Of a stretch of 64,000 bases of DNA, positions 52,822 to 64,000 are shown one piece after another. The notes beneath the pieces were generated by a model. It was not told the origin of the DNA and did no database searches. It was given only the letters and a program-made list of their open reading frames with translations. Position numbers and translations under genes: made by a program. The stretch comes from Glaucostegus cemiculus. Its lineage: Eukaryota. Location: contig CDPCPM010000370.1 in NCBI GenBank assembly GCA_976551045.1, positions 1,364,001-1,428,000 on the forward strand, in the 5' to 3' direction. How positions within the stretch are numbered: position 1 is the stretch's first letter; each line of letters begins with the position of its first letter.

Positions 52822-53487
52822 CTACGGAAAGCAGAGAACGAAATACATTCACATGGTCATCTGGTCCAGGATAAGGTTTCCTTAGTTTTATTTATTCCCA
52901 ACCAACATACTATTCTATCCGGCAGTTTAATTTGCCATGGTCTTCATATGTCAAGGACTTCATCCTCAATAATAACTTACAACAATTAATGCCAGTTCTG
53001 GTGACATAAGTTGTTAATTCTTTCAACGTTCAGCTCTTGAATATTAAGAAGTCTTAAACCTTGTGGGACACAGGTTGATACCAGTTATTTATGTGAGAAT
53101 TTTCCAAAATTATTTGGAAAATGTAAATGCTATTGTGGGAATGAACTCACTGGACCCAACATTTTTGTTACCATTAACGTGCAATAATTCACACCTGAGA
53201 AGCGAGCTGGGCAATTTCCAGGATCAGAGCAGAGAGCGATGTGAGGTTGACCACAACGATGTGCATTTAAAATAGAATTTTGATCGACATTGTCTGATAA
53301 TATGATTTGGGTAATGTATTTCCGGAATCGATTTTATGGAGATAATGCCTCTATAATCGCATGTTCCGTTGTCTGTTATGAACATCAATCTTTCTTTAGT
53401 GTGCCTGTAACGGCATTGAAGCAATTTTTTCAGCGTAATTTTTTCTGAGTATTGATCCTTTCATTTCGTGTTGGTGCATGGTTGCAA

Positions 53488-53565
53488 GTGTGTGTTTGTG
53501 TGTGTGTGTGTGTGTGTCTGTGTCTGTGTGTGCGTGTGTATGTGTGGGTATGTGTGTGTGTGTGT
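53488..53565. repeat. (GT)n microsatellite
   Basis: Direct observation. Confidence 0.95.
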
Positions 53566-55009
53566 TGGAGTATGACTGACACTTTGATCTTGATGGTGTG
53601 TGTTTCTCGACATGAGTGTCTGAGGTTATGAAGCGTCTGTCCTAGCTTCAGTCTGCATTATCTTGTGAGAAAATGAATTTCCTACGCAAATATGCCTGTT
53701 GGTGTGCTCTGGATGTGTAGATTTTGGCTTGCGCGTGTATGATTGATAATCAGTGTGCATGATTTCGTGTTGGGTTACTGCAAGGTTTAAGCTCACATAT
53801 GTGTATTTCGGTCCGCTTATGTTTACGTTTCTCCGAATGTCTTATGTTTGCAAATATATCATCCCATGTTAATCTCGGCCCAAACTCCGTGTACCTACTT
53901 GAATCTCACATCTGTTAATTTCTCCACTCGGTTAAGACTATTGCATAGTCTAGAGTACATTTGATGACGGGAACGTACTTCTGGAGTTTCTTGCCCTCAC
54001 ACAAGAGATCTCTCGACGTTAGTCTCAAAAATGAGCCCTTTATCCGCATGTTATACCACATTTTTTCTCTAAAGCGTGGAAACATATTGATACAGCAGAA
54101 TTGTTGGAGTCTTTCTCTGCTCCTCACTGCCATAAATATTATGAAGAAAATCACACGTACCCGAAGTATACGGACAACATTATGTCATTTATTTGTTTTA
54201 ATCTGAACTGATGTCTGAACGTTTGTGCTTGTGTGTGCGCACATGCGTGCGCGCGCGTGTGTGTGTGAATATATGTGTGTTTGTGTGCACACTCACGTCT
54301 GTGTGTTCGTGTTTTCGCGTGTGAATATTCTTGAAATTGTGTTCATATATGTTCGTTATATTTAATTGCGGTCTGCACATGTATGTTTGTTGACCTACTT
54401 CTGAAACCATGTTTCTCTGCTTGTGCGCATATATACGTGATTGGTCAAAAAGTTTAAAATAACCTTTGCTGAAGGGTTTAGCATCAATTACTAGATGTCA
54501 CATCGATGGCGTTCAATATAATCCGTTTCATGGTAGTATTTTATATAATTTCGTCAATGTGATGTACTAAACCTTGAGTTAATTTGCATTTCAGAATATG
54601 TGTGGAAATCTCGTCCCTCTTGTTATAAAACTGTGAGCAACAATGGGTGGGCAGTTGCGCTTTTCTGCCTCACCCCCAGGAGTGGGACGTGTATGTTCCA
54701 CTTTATTTTCTTGTCGTGGCGCTCTCTGCAAACCACAGTGGCTGAGATACTTCTACAGGTCTGAATAGACGGGAACCAAGAGAAACACGAAAACGTACTT
54801 CCAGAAGTTTGGAAACGAATTCCGCAACAAGAACAATGGTGCTCGTGTGTGTCCGGGAATCGTACAATGACAGAGCTGTTCCCTTTTTTTGTTCTTTTCT
54901 TTGGGGCACCCGTTTCACCAACTACGACACACTCAGGTAAATAAACGTTTTGTCAATATAAGGAAACAATTATGTGGTCTTGGGATCAGTTCATCATTGG
55001 AAGAAAATA

Positions 55010-55015
55010 TTTATT
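55010..55015 (-). terminator. Polyadenylation signal of secretory mu
   Basis: AATAAA on the minus strand 35 nt after the tailpiece stop codon. Confidence 0.75.
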
Positions 55016-55050
55016 CGCATTCATTCAAAAACAATGGAATTAAGAGATTT

Positions 55051-55442
55051 TCATTGACAAGAATTGACAGTGTCCATCAGAACAAGGGAAACATTTACAA
55101 AACTGGGTTTACCGCTGGACCAATTGACTGTTCTAGCGATGGTCTTCATGGGGAAGGTTTCGTGCCCCACCACACAGGAGAAAGAAGCGCCGCTGGCCCA
55201 ATGCTCTGCCCCGACGGATAACAGGCTGAACATGAAGAAAGAGGTGTTGCCGTTCTCCGCCTGCACCTCGGTGTTCATATAGTTGCGCGAATCTATTGGC
55301 TTGTCATCGACCGTCCACATGACAAAGATCCGGCGAGGAGAGAAACCTCTCACTAAGCAGGTGAGGGCGACGGATCTCTGAGCGGAGACATCCTCTGTCG
55401 GCGGAAGGAGGACAGAGATGGACGGTTCTCGAGGATGTACCA
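55051..55442 (-). CDS. IGHM: IgM CH4 plus secretory tailpiece
   Basis: [42 protein letters not shown]|GTAAAC (membrane-form donor at 55113/2), then [19 protein letters not shown] with NVS glycan site and penultimate Cys. Confidence 0.96.
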
Positions 55443-56413
55443 CTGCAGAACAATTGGGAGAATATTTATTACAGCGGGAATTAACGACACGAGAAGCTGA
55501 TAGATTCAGAATTGAAGGAAATGTAATTTGGGCAAAATATTAAATGTATTACATTTCAAGTTTTTGAATGATCTCTGTTTCTCAGTTCTGGAATGTGAAG
55601 ACGGGGTGGAGAGATTTGATTGTTTCCAATGCAAGATAGAAGGTTTGTAAGAATGTGTTACATGAACCGAAGAATGAGATTATTCCCTCCCCCTCATCAA
55701 TGCAGGTGTTGATGCCACAAGGTCGCCTGCTGCCACTTTTATCAAATATCGCAATTGCATTTCTTGTCTGGGCCGCTTGTCTCTCTCAGGTGTCAATATC
55801 CCCTGAGGTAAATTTTATCAGAGCCCCAACTGTTTGTTCGTGGAACCACCACTGTAGTTGCCTGCGTGTTTAATTTTGGACTATGCACCAACGCTTCAGG
55901 AAATGAAATTTCAAAAATGTAGTTGATGGAAATCTAAAATAAAGCCAGACACTGCCGCAGAGGCTCTGTATGCCAGACTCCGCGTGTGAAAACGAAAAAC
56001 AGAGTTAACATTTCAGGTCGTAGACTCTGCTTGATAAGTCGTAAAGACGAAAAAAGAAACAATGTATTTGAACTTGCAAAAATGGTGGCAAATGGATATA
56101 TTGGAGAAAGTGAATCTAAAGTTGGGAATTCGGAGAGTGAGAACATAAACAACGGGAAAAATCAACAAATTCCCGTCTGATTTGTCTGGCTTTGGCTTGC
56201 TGCACTGTTATAACAAGGACTAAGGATAAGCCGAAGAACATCCCGGACTATGTCTGAACAGAATACAGACACGGAGTAGATATCTAGTATTCCACCTTCA
56301 GATGACCTATTTCAGATATCCCATAACTGCAGCTTCATTATAGATTTTCAGGTAACTCGCTTTCGCTGTCTATTTCAGAACTAGTCATTGAACTGCAAGT
56401 GATACTGACTCAG

Positions 56414-56414
<1 letters not shown>

Positions 56415-56463
<49 letters not shown>

Positions 56464-56482
56464 GGTGTCTGTGTGTGCGTGT
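56415..56482. repeat. (CT)n then (GT)n microsatellite
   Basis: Direct observation. Confidence 0.9.
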
Positions 56483-56859
56483 GTTTCCAGAAACTGATCT
56501 GCTGCGCAGAACTCACAAAGCAATTATTTGCAACACATTGCCCCTCTTTCTTTGTGTTCTCATGCGCTAAATGCCCATTCAACAATTTGACTTTTCTTCA
56601 ACAGCTTATCCCCATGATAATCCTGACTTCACCCTCCCGTGTTTTTTTCCTTCGCCTATCCATACCTCTTCCCACCTTCCCTGCAACTTACCACTTGTTT
56701 TCTCTCATTCAAAATCCCGACGAACACGTTTGATGAAACATCAGCATTGATTTCCTTTCCGCAGATGTTGCCTGATCTGCTTGGATGTCTTAACCTTTTT
56801 TTTGCAGAACTCTCACCCCCGTCCACTCCACAAACCCCATTCTACAAACTGACCCTCAC

Positions 56860-57168
56860 CTTCTTCCTTGCGGATGGAAGCCCTTTTCGGAGTCGGCATT
56901 TCCTCGTGGCTCACCACGCATTCGAACACATCACCACTCAGCCAAGCTTGTGTCGAAATATTCAGGGTGCTAATCACGCTGTCGATGGACTGTCCGGTCT
57001 GGAGGTTGATATCTGATTGCAATTGATTCTTTCCTTGCTTCCAAGTCACTTGGACGCCATAAGGTGCATGAGAGATGATGCAGGTTAAGGTCACGGTCGC
57101 CTCCAGTAAGACCTGCTCCAGCTGCGGTGGCTTAATTGTAACCTGTTCTTCTTCGCAGGAGTTTGGAT
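56860..57168 (-). CDS. IGHM: IgM CH3 exon (309 nt, intact)
   Basis: [62 protein letters not shown]; AG/GT boundaries. Confidence 0.95.
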
Positions 57169-57417
57169 CTGAGTCAAATGAACATAAAACCAAGCTTCAA
57201 CGGCAAAAACAGCAATGCAATATTTATCCTCCGAGCTCTAAGTAGAGACAAGATCGCTTCCTGGCACCAGAAAACGGTTGTGACCACGATCCATCTCTGA
57301 CTAGAGAACATCACCCATGCAAGGTCGCGGGTTGTCCCAATGTCAGTGAAGTTCTAACTTCGACTGAAGTCGGCACTCACAGTGAGACTTGTGGGTTTCC
57401 TTGCATGCGTCTCTGAC

Positions 57418-57728
57418 CTTGAGAGATGCTGATGTTTCGGCTCTGCGTGTCAATTTTGTGAGTGACCTAGCAGGTATAGACTGAACCACTGAACCATTCT
57501 GCGGCGGAGAATGTCACCTGACTCATTGCAGAGAAGTTCCCGTTCACCTCAAAGGGGAAGAGGTGACGATGCCCGAATTCAGGGTCTGTCCATTCTTCAG
57601 CCAGGTCACGGTCAGTTGCGCCGGACGGAATTCGGTGATGGAACACACGGCGGTCACTTTTCTGCTTCTGTTTATTTCTTCCAGGGAATTCACGGTGATA
57701 AAGACGATTGGATGATGTACCACAAGAT
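57418..57728 (-). pseudogene. IGHM: IgM CH2 exon, disrupted
   Basis: 311 nt, not a multiple of 3. DLVVHHPIV..AVCSITEFRPAQLTVTWLKNG..VTSS, 1-nt deletion at ~57555, then FEVNGNFSAMSQVT..EWFSGSVYTC*VTH with TAG at 57469-57467. Confidence 0.92.
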
Positions 57729-58374
57729 CTTCAAGAAAACACACTTAATTGGTCACAGATCATTGAGGAAGAAAATAATTTACTGTCTCAAAGTGTTCAA
57801 TGCAAACAAGAAACGAATTCATTGGATTTTTCTTTCACGCAACGTAACGTCTCTCCAATTCACCTGAATATCTACAGCTTTCTACTCACAGCAGTTACCA
57901 TGGTGCCAATAAATAGTGAAGTCATCAAGATGCCTCACAAATTTCTGGTAAATGGGTGTAATGTTGATCTGCAGTTCATTGTCGACAAGAAAGTCATGAA
58001 CCGCAGGGTATGTTTCTGCACTGTTCGTTTCTTCGTGCAATGATTCTAAGGGTCCCCGTTATCTCTGAATAAGGTTGCATAAACGTCTCCGTGTGTTGGC
58101 GACATCAACAATTCATTTTATATCTGGATTGATACGCCTGTCCTGAATAAGAATGGATGTGCCTCCAGTTGAACTTTCTCCCCAAACAAAGGTCTTTAGG
58201 TCATGCAAACTCGTGAAGCCCCTCACAATGTCAGGAACTGTTTATCCTTACTCGCAAAAAGAAAAGCCAGGTGCTTCATCTTTCTGTGGCGCTCACATCC
58301 CACTGATCTGCGAAAGGCCTCGCCGTCAATATTTCCTCTTGATACCCAGAATTCAAGCTGTTTCCATAGAAGAT

Positions 58375-59770
58375 CGGAAACTACAGCACTGGACAGGCCA
58401 TTCGGCCTATGATTTAGTGCTGATCTTGATGTCAGTTTACACTAAATATTCCTGTTTGTATTATCCATCCCCCTCCGTTTCTTTCATATTTATGTGCCCA
58501 TCTAAACTCATCCTAAATTTCACCATACTGCCTGTTTCCACCAAACAACTACCCATGGTAATTTGTTCCGAGCATCATCCACTCTTTGCCTGAATACTTT
58601 CCCCTCACGTATCCTTTAAACTTCCCCAGCCAAACTTAAAAGCATGTCTTGTGGTATTCCACATTTCTACCCCGGGGAAAAGATCTTGACTGCCTCGTCT
58701 ATCATTACACTCCATAATTAAAAAAATAAACACTTATCGGTCTCCCCCAGCCTCCAACGCTCTGGGGAAAACAACCTGACTTTGTCCAAACTTTCCCAGC
58801 AGCTCGTAACAGATAATCCAGGCAGTCTCCTGGTAAAACCCGTCAGCGCCCTCTCCACAGTCTCCACGTCCTTCCTAAAATCGGGCGACCTTAACTGCAC
58901 GCAATATTCCAAGTACGATCTGACTAAAATTGTATATAGCGAACACTATTATTTCATTACTCTAATACTCATCTCCACTACCAATTCAGACAAGCATGCC
59001 ATACTCTTTCTCACCGCTTTATCTATTTCCGTAGCTAATTTTAGTGAATTATCAGCCTAGACCACAGGATCCCTCTGTACCTCAATTTTATTGAGGGGCC
59101 TCTAACTATGTGATTTCGCTTTTTATTTGACCTCCCAAAGTGTAACACATTGTACTTAAGCGGATTAAACTCAATCTGCCATTTCTCTTCGCATATCTGC
59201 AGCTGATCCTGTATACTGCTGTATTCGTTGGCAGTCCTGTACCATGTCCACAAGTCAAACAAACTTGCTTTCCACTCATCTACATTTTCATCCAATTCAT
59301 CGATATATATCACACTTAAAAGCCGTCCTAGCACCGATTTTTTGCAGGACATCATTCGTCAGGGACTTCCATCCGGAATAACAGAATTCCATCGAAGCCA
59401 GTTCTGAATCTAAACTTGCAATTCGCCATGGATCCCAATGCATTTTTATCTTCCGAATCAATCAGCCATTTGTACCCTTTTAAAAACCATTACTAAATTC
59501 CATATATATAACGTCCACAGCCTGAACCTCATCAAGCTTCTTTGTCACCTCCTGAAGAAATTCGATTAAGTTTGACCTGTTGCGCACAGCCATGTTGACA
59601 GTCCCTAAGCAGGCCATGCCTTATCAAATCCATATAAATCTTATCCCTCAGTGTCCACTCCAATAGGTTCCCGACCACTGAAGTCAGGCTCAGTGGCCCG
59701 TGGTTAACTAGATTATCCATATTTCCCTTCGTGAACAAAGGCACAACATTTGCTGCTCCCCAGTCATCTG
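58375..59770 (-). mobile_element. CR1-clade LINE fragment in the CH1-CH2 intron
   Basis: PLFTKG..PLSLTSVVGNLLE; SVLGRLLSVIYIDELDE; EYCVQLRSPDFRKDVETVER. Confidence 0.85.
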
Positions 59771-60077
59771 CGACCTATTTGTCGTTATTTTGAGGATAGA
59801 ATTATGGGAAATGATCAACATGTCATGCACGCTACAGCTGTGTGCCCTGCATTTCATCAGTTTTATGGAAAACCGAATCATACCTGTTAAAACTAAGCAG
59901 TGTATGGAGGTCAGAACAAGGTGCTGTAGGTTCAATGTGGCATGGAGAATAGAACCGTTATAACAGGGTGAGTTAATTATGATTAATTTTCCGTCGAATT
60001 GCAGCACATATTCTCCAGCTGCCGCTCCTCGCACTCTCCATACAATGAGCGGCCCCACTGCTCACCCCAACACTAAC

Positions 60078-60374
60078 CGGGCATTTTCACTTCCTTGTCT
60101 GTATCACGGTACCGAACCATGCAGAAGATGGAGCTGCTCCTCGCCTCTGACTCGGTGATGGTGAGTTGGCTGATGCGTGTGTACGTTCCCTTCTTGTTGA
60201 ACACTGGCGGGTAGGTCTTCAGTCCGGTGGTAACCGGGACATTATCTTTCTTCCAGGAAAAGCTGATGCCCGTTGGATAGTAGTCCATTGCTAAACAACC
60301 GAAGGTGACTGAGTCGCCTGGACTGGGTTGTTCGCAGGAAAAGAGAGGGCACAGGGTGGGGGCGGAAGGTGAAG
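60078..60374 (-). CDS. IGHM: IgM CH1 exon (297 nt, intact)
   Basis: [72 protein letters not shown], typical of chondrichthyan C-mu-1. Confidence 0.95.
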
Positions 60375-60844
60375 CTGAAAGAGAAGGATCAGGTGAGCAA
60401 TTTGAACATTCTATTCTTTGCTCATCCGATAGCCAAACAAATCTAAGAGTCAATATTCAAAAATACATTGTGGAAAATTTTGATGAATGGAACTGCAGTA
60501 GCCACATACTAATATTTCGGCATAACATTCGGATTTGTTTAATCACAGCGAAATTATTTCCAAATGCACAACAGTAACTTCATGGAATGGGCAATTCCTT
60601 CCTTTTTTACACGTCACCACTGAGGTCCAACCACCGTGAAAATCCCGAGTTCTGTTCCAACAACACATAGCAAAACATCATCGACCAAATGTAAAATGAC
60701 CAGCCAGTTACAAATTGGTGCCTGGTTATCTTGTTCTGAGTGATACGCCTTGACGCAGCAAAGAATGGCACGACAAAATCGAGCTGTGTTAGAATATTTC
60801 CCATTTTATCTGTCTGTTCCCGAGCAGTCGTCACACCAATCAAA

Positions 60845-61085
60845 GGGGCGGCACGATAGCGTAGAGATTAGCGCGAAGTTGTTACAGCGCCAGCGATCAG
60901 GGGTTCGATTCCCGTCGCTGACTGCAAGGAGTTTGAACGTTCTCCCGTGTCTGCGTGGGTTTCCTCTGGATGCTCTGGTTTCCTCCCACATTCTAAAAGA
61001 CGTACGGGTAGGTTAACATGGGGGTTTAAAATAGGCGGCGAGGACTCGTTGGGCTGAAAGGGCCTGTTACCACGCTGTAAAAAAA
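60845..61085 (+). mobile_element. tRNA-derived V-SINE (HE1-like)
   Basis: A/B-box-like head (GGTTCGATTCC), then ttctcccgtgtctgcgtgggtttcctc..ggtttcctcccaca V-domain. Confidence 0.85.
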
Positions 61086-61619
61086 TTAATTTGAAATTAA
61101 TTTAAATTGAAATAGAATAAAGTTAAATTAAAGGACAATATATCTAGATTTTTTGTTGTCTCCCCCTCTACCAAACAATACGCGGTCTCCTGATCCCAGA
61201 TGTGCACGGTTACTGCATTGTTCCCGATCTCCACAACGCACTGCACGATCGTTCAAAGGATTCCCCATCCACAGGCGATGCCACGAATTGTCCCGTCTGG
61301 AAGCACATTGGTGCAGGCTCCTTCTGATTCTACCATTAACAAGCTACAGTCAAATCCTTATAAAACTCTGAAATGCAAAGATATCACTGAGATTCCGCTG
61401 TTAACTACTCTTTTTCTTCCACTGTTTCCCGAGGGCAATTAGTAATGTACAATGATCCGAAGCTATAGTCAGCATTGCACTGAGAGTGAAAAACCAAACC
61501 TTCTGTCAGGGTATGAATGACAAGCAAATCAAAGGCAACGATATATGCAATGTCGTTCACTGCAAGATGTTGAACGTTGCGTTTGAGTGCTGGAAACAAT
61601 TTGATGCAGAACATAGACG

Positions 61620-62000
61620 CCGCTGGACTGTCCTTTCTGACGTCGCAGGTCAATGAAAAAAAAATAGAAAGCGGTTTCTCAAGACGGCGGCATACATCTC
61701 TAAGGATCTTCACCACAAAGGGCATAACCTCTTCTCTTCACGGCCATCGCGGAGGAGGTACAGAAGCCTGAAAACCCACACTGAACGACTTCGGAAGAGC
61801 TTCTTCCTCTCCACCACCAAATTCCTGAACCGTCCATGAACTCATGAACACTGATTCGTTATTCCTTTACTTTGCACTATTTTTTTTATATTGTAATTAA
61901 TGGTAATTTTTAAGTCCTGCACTGCGCTACTTCCACAAAACAACAGATTTCACGACATATAACTCTTTAAGAATTAACCTCACTCTGATTCTGATTCTGA
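61620..62000 (+). mobile_element. Rex1/Babar LINE 3' end
   Basis: RRYRSLKTHTERLRKSFF, ending in (ctgatt)n. Confidence 0.7.
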
Positions 62001-64000
62001 AGTCAGTGATGTTGAGAAAACGCCCGACTGTCCTGCGCTATGAGCAAAATATCTCTCGCCTACTCGCCACGCGCAATTCAGACAGAATATTGTCTATCAG
62101 AGATTGATATATGTTCCAATCTCTAACTGTAAACCTGCTGATTTTCTCAGCCTGAATGCCGCCAAATGAAGACCCTGCCTGGACTGAGTACAACACGCAT
62201 CCTCAACGAGCAATAAATAAGAAGGTCGAACTGCAAGTCAAACTGCATCGAATAACTATGAAGAAGATAAATCGCTATCAGTTCAGGAGAGTGAAATCAG
62301 ATTCTCCACCAGTAAGAAGTAGCGCGGAAACAAACAAGCACAGAGGTGTAAAATCGGCAAATAATCCGCGGAAACTGCCACTTTCAGATTTGTAGATTTC
62401 TATTTATGATCCAATAATCTGAATGCGGCAGACTGGTTCGCTGGAAGCTGCGATATATTTGTAGAGACTGTCCTGAACATTCAGCAATATCCCTTCACTG
62501 TCATTGGATGTGAACACCCACAGAATCACAATCCCTGGAAATATCAATACCCTGCAATTCACACCCATAAAAATTTGCTGCCGTGTCGCCGAACTCATGG
62601 ACATACTGCGGGTTTAAGATTCAGGGGGTGAATAAATTAGAAGCTGTTAAACAAAGAACCGGTGACTAAAATCACATATTCAAATCAGGCAATTACTTCG
62701 CTTCGAACAACAGTAACACTTCATGCAATTGAACGCAACATATACATGGACAGCTGTGTCAATTGAGATAACTTTGAATGTGTTCTCTCACCCTTGATAT
62801 TTAGCAGAGTGAAGTTCTATCCGGTGAGAATCATGAGTGTCAAAAATCACAGAATCACAGAACACTCGAGCACAAAAACAGGTCTTTCGGCCCATCTGGT
62901 CCTTGTCGATCTGAACAATATGCTTTCATTATGAATTAATATTCATACAGATAAACGGTTATGTCACATGGTCTAAGTTTAACATCTGTTTCAGACTTTG
63001 CAGTCTGAACATTGGAACATATTTGGTTATGAAAATATCAATCGTTAAGTCAATACATTATTCGTTTTAGAACGATATAATATAAAAATAATTTAACATG
63101 TCTTGAAACATTTATCTGCCTTCTTTCTAAATGCAAATCGATACTCTGTGATTCCGTTTCAACTTAATTTCAATCAATTGTCGAGTATTTTTCGTTTGAT
63201 ATATGCAGGTGTTGGTAACTAAAAATCTGGCGTGGTCAAATCGGTGAAGGCATCAAAAATTGGGAATGGCCGCAATTGTGGATTGTAGTTCTTGGCCATA
63301 ATTTGGGAGCGGCCAAAAATTTAGCTATCACAATTTTGTTCCAAAGCATCCCCAAGACTGTTGATCATACGAAGTGGATTCACAACATACGGACATTGAG
63401 TGGGAACTCCGTTTCTAGATGAATTATAACATGATACTTTACTCCCGTTATTTAGAAAGAAGTAATGCTTCGTTATATCCTGAGAGTAGCTGCAAGTAAA
63501 CACAGGAAATATCAATGGAAATTGGAGGGGAAAGTTTTATTCACATCATTTAGCAAGGGGGAGAGATTATCTCAGTGAAGATTAAAAGAACTCTCTCACT
63601 ATAATATGTAAACCAATATATATTATGCAATGCAACTGTCAGAAAACAGAAGTAGAGAATAAATTCTGAGATCACATTAATCCTTCTCAAATAAAGTGCA
63701 AGGCCTGTGTACAACATTTCAATGGGATGCACACAGTTTACATTTGATAACAATCAAAGGAAAAAATGATTTCATGTCAATGACGTTTTCTTATGTTTCG
63801 AAGAGGTGTGGAACTACCTCTAAAATGATGGATTGGTTACTTAACAGCAAATAAAAATATGTTACATCTTTTAATTTCCATTACAATAAATGCAAGGACA
63901 GTTGGGACCTGAGTGAAACCCCGCTCCATCCCACCCTCTATTTCCCCAATCCCATTATTCATGGAATAGTGGGAGACTATTGACATAACGTTGAAACAAC

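Noticed and set aside
55051-60374. IgW or IgNAR identity for the constant exons
   Set aside because: Four CH exons, a mu-type CH1 sequence, a mu tailpiece and a KVK tail fit IgM
60845-60920. tRNA gene
   Set aside because: The tRNA-like head runs straight into a V-SINE body
60375-64000. JH segment (WGxG..VTV) or switch region
   Set aside because: No such motif with RSS and donor was found, and there are no tandem switch repeats; JH probably lies beyond the window

Overview
This is eukaryotic DNA from a cartilaginous fish (shark or ray; the species cannot be determined here). It is part of the T-cell receptor alpha/delta V-segment array, directly abutting an immunoglobulin mu heavy-chain constant region. 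The 1-44 kb part holds four intact-looking leader+V+RSS TCR V segments in both orientations, many decayed V pseudogenes and two GPR139-like GPCR copies (one frameshifted, one fragment). It also holds a complete NAR-TCR cassette at 32.6-35.3 kb: a VNAR-like V, an unusually long D-like+J segment, and a leaderless supporting V-delta followed by three tandem RSS-like units. The 52.5-60.4 kb part (minus strand) holds IgM CH1-CH4, the secretory tail, TM1 and TM2. Only CH2 is broken, by a frameshift plus a stop codon. No VH/DH/JH is visible in the window. The rest is decayed CR1, Rex1/Babar and L1 LINE sequence, a V-SINE, microsatellites and N gaps. Coordinates were counted by eye, and repeat boundaries are approximate.
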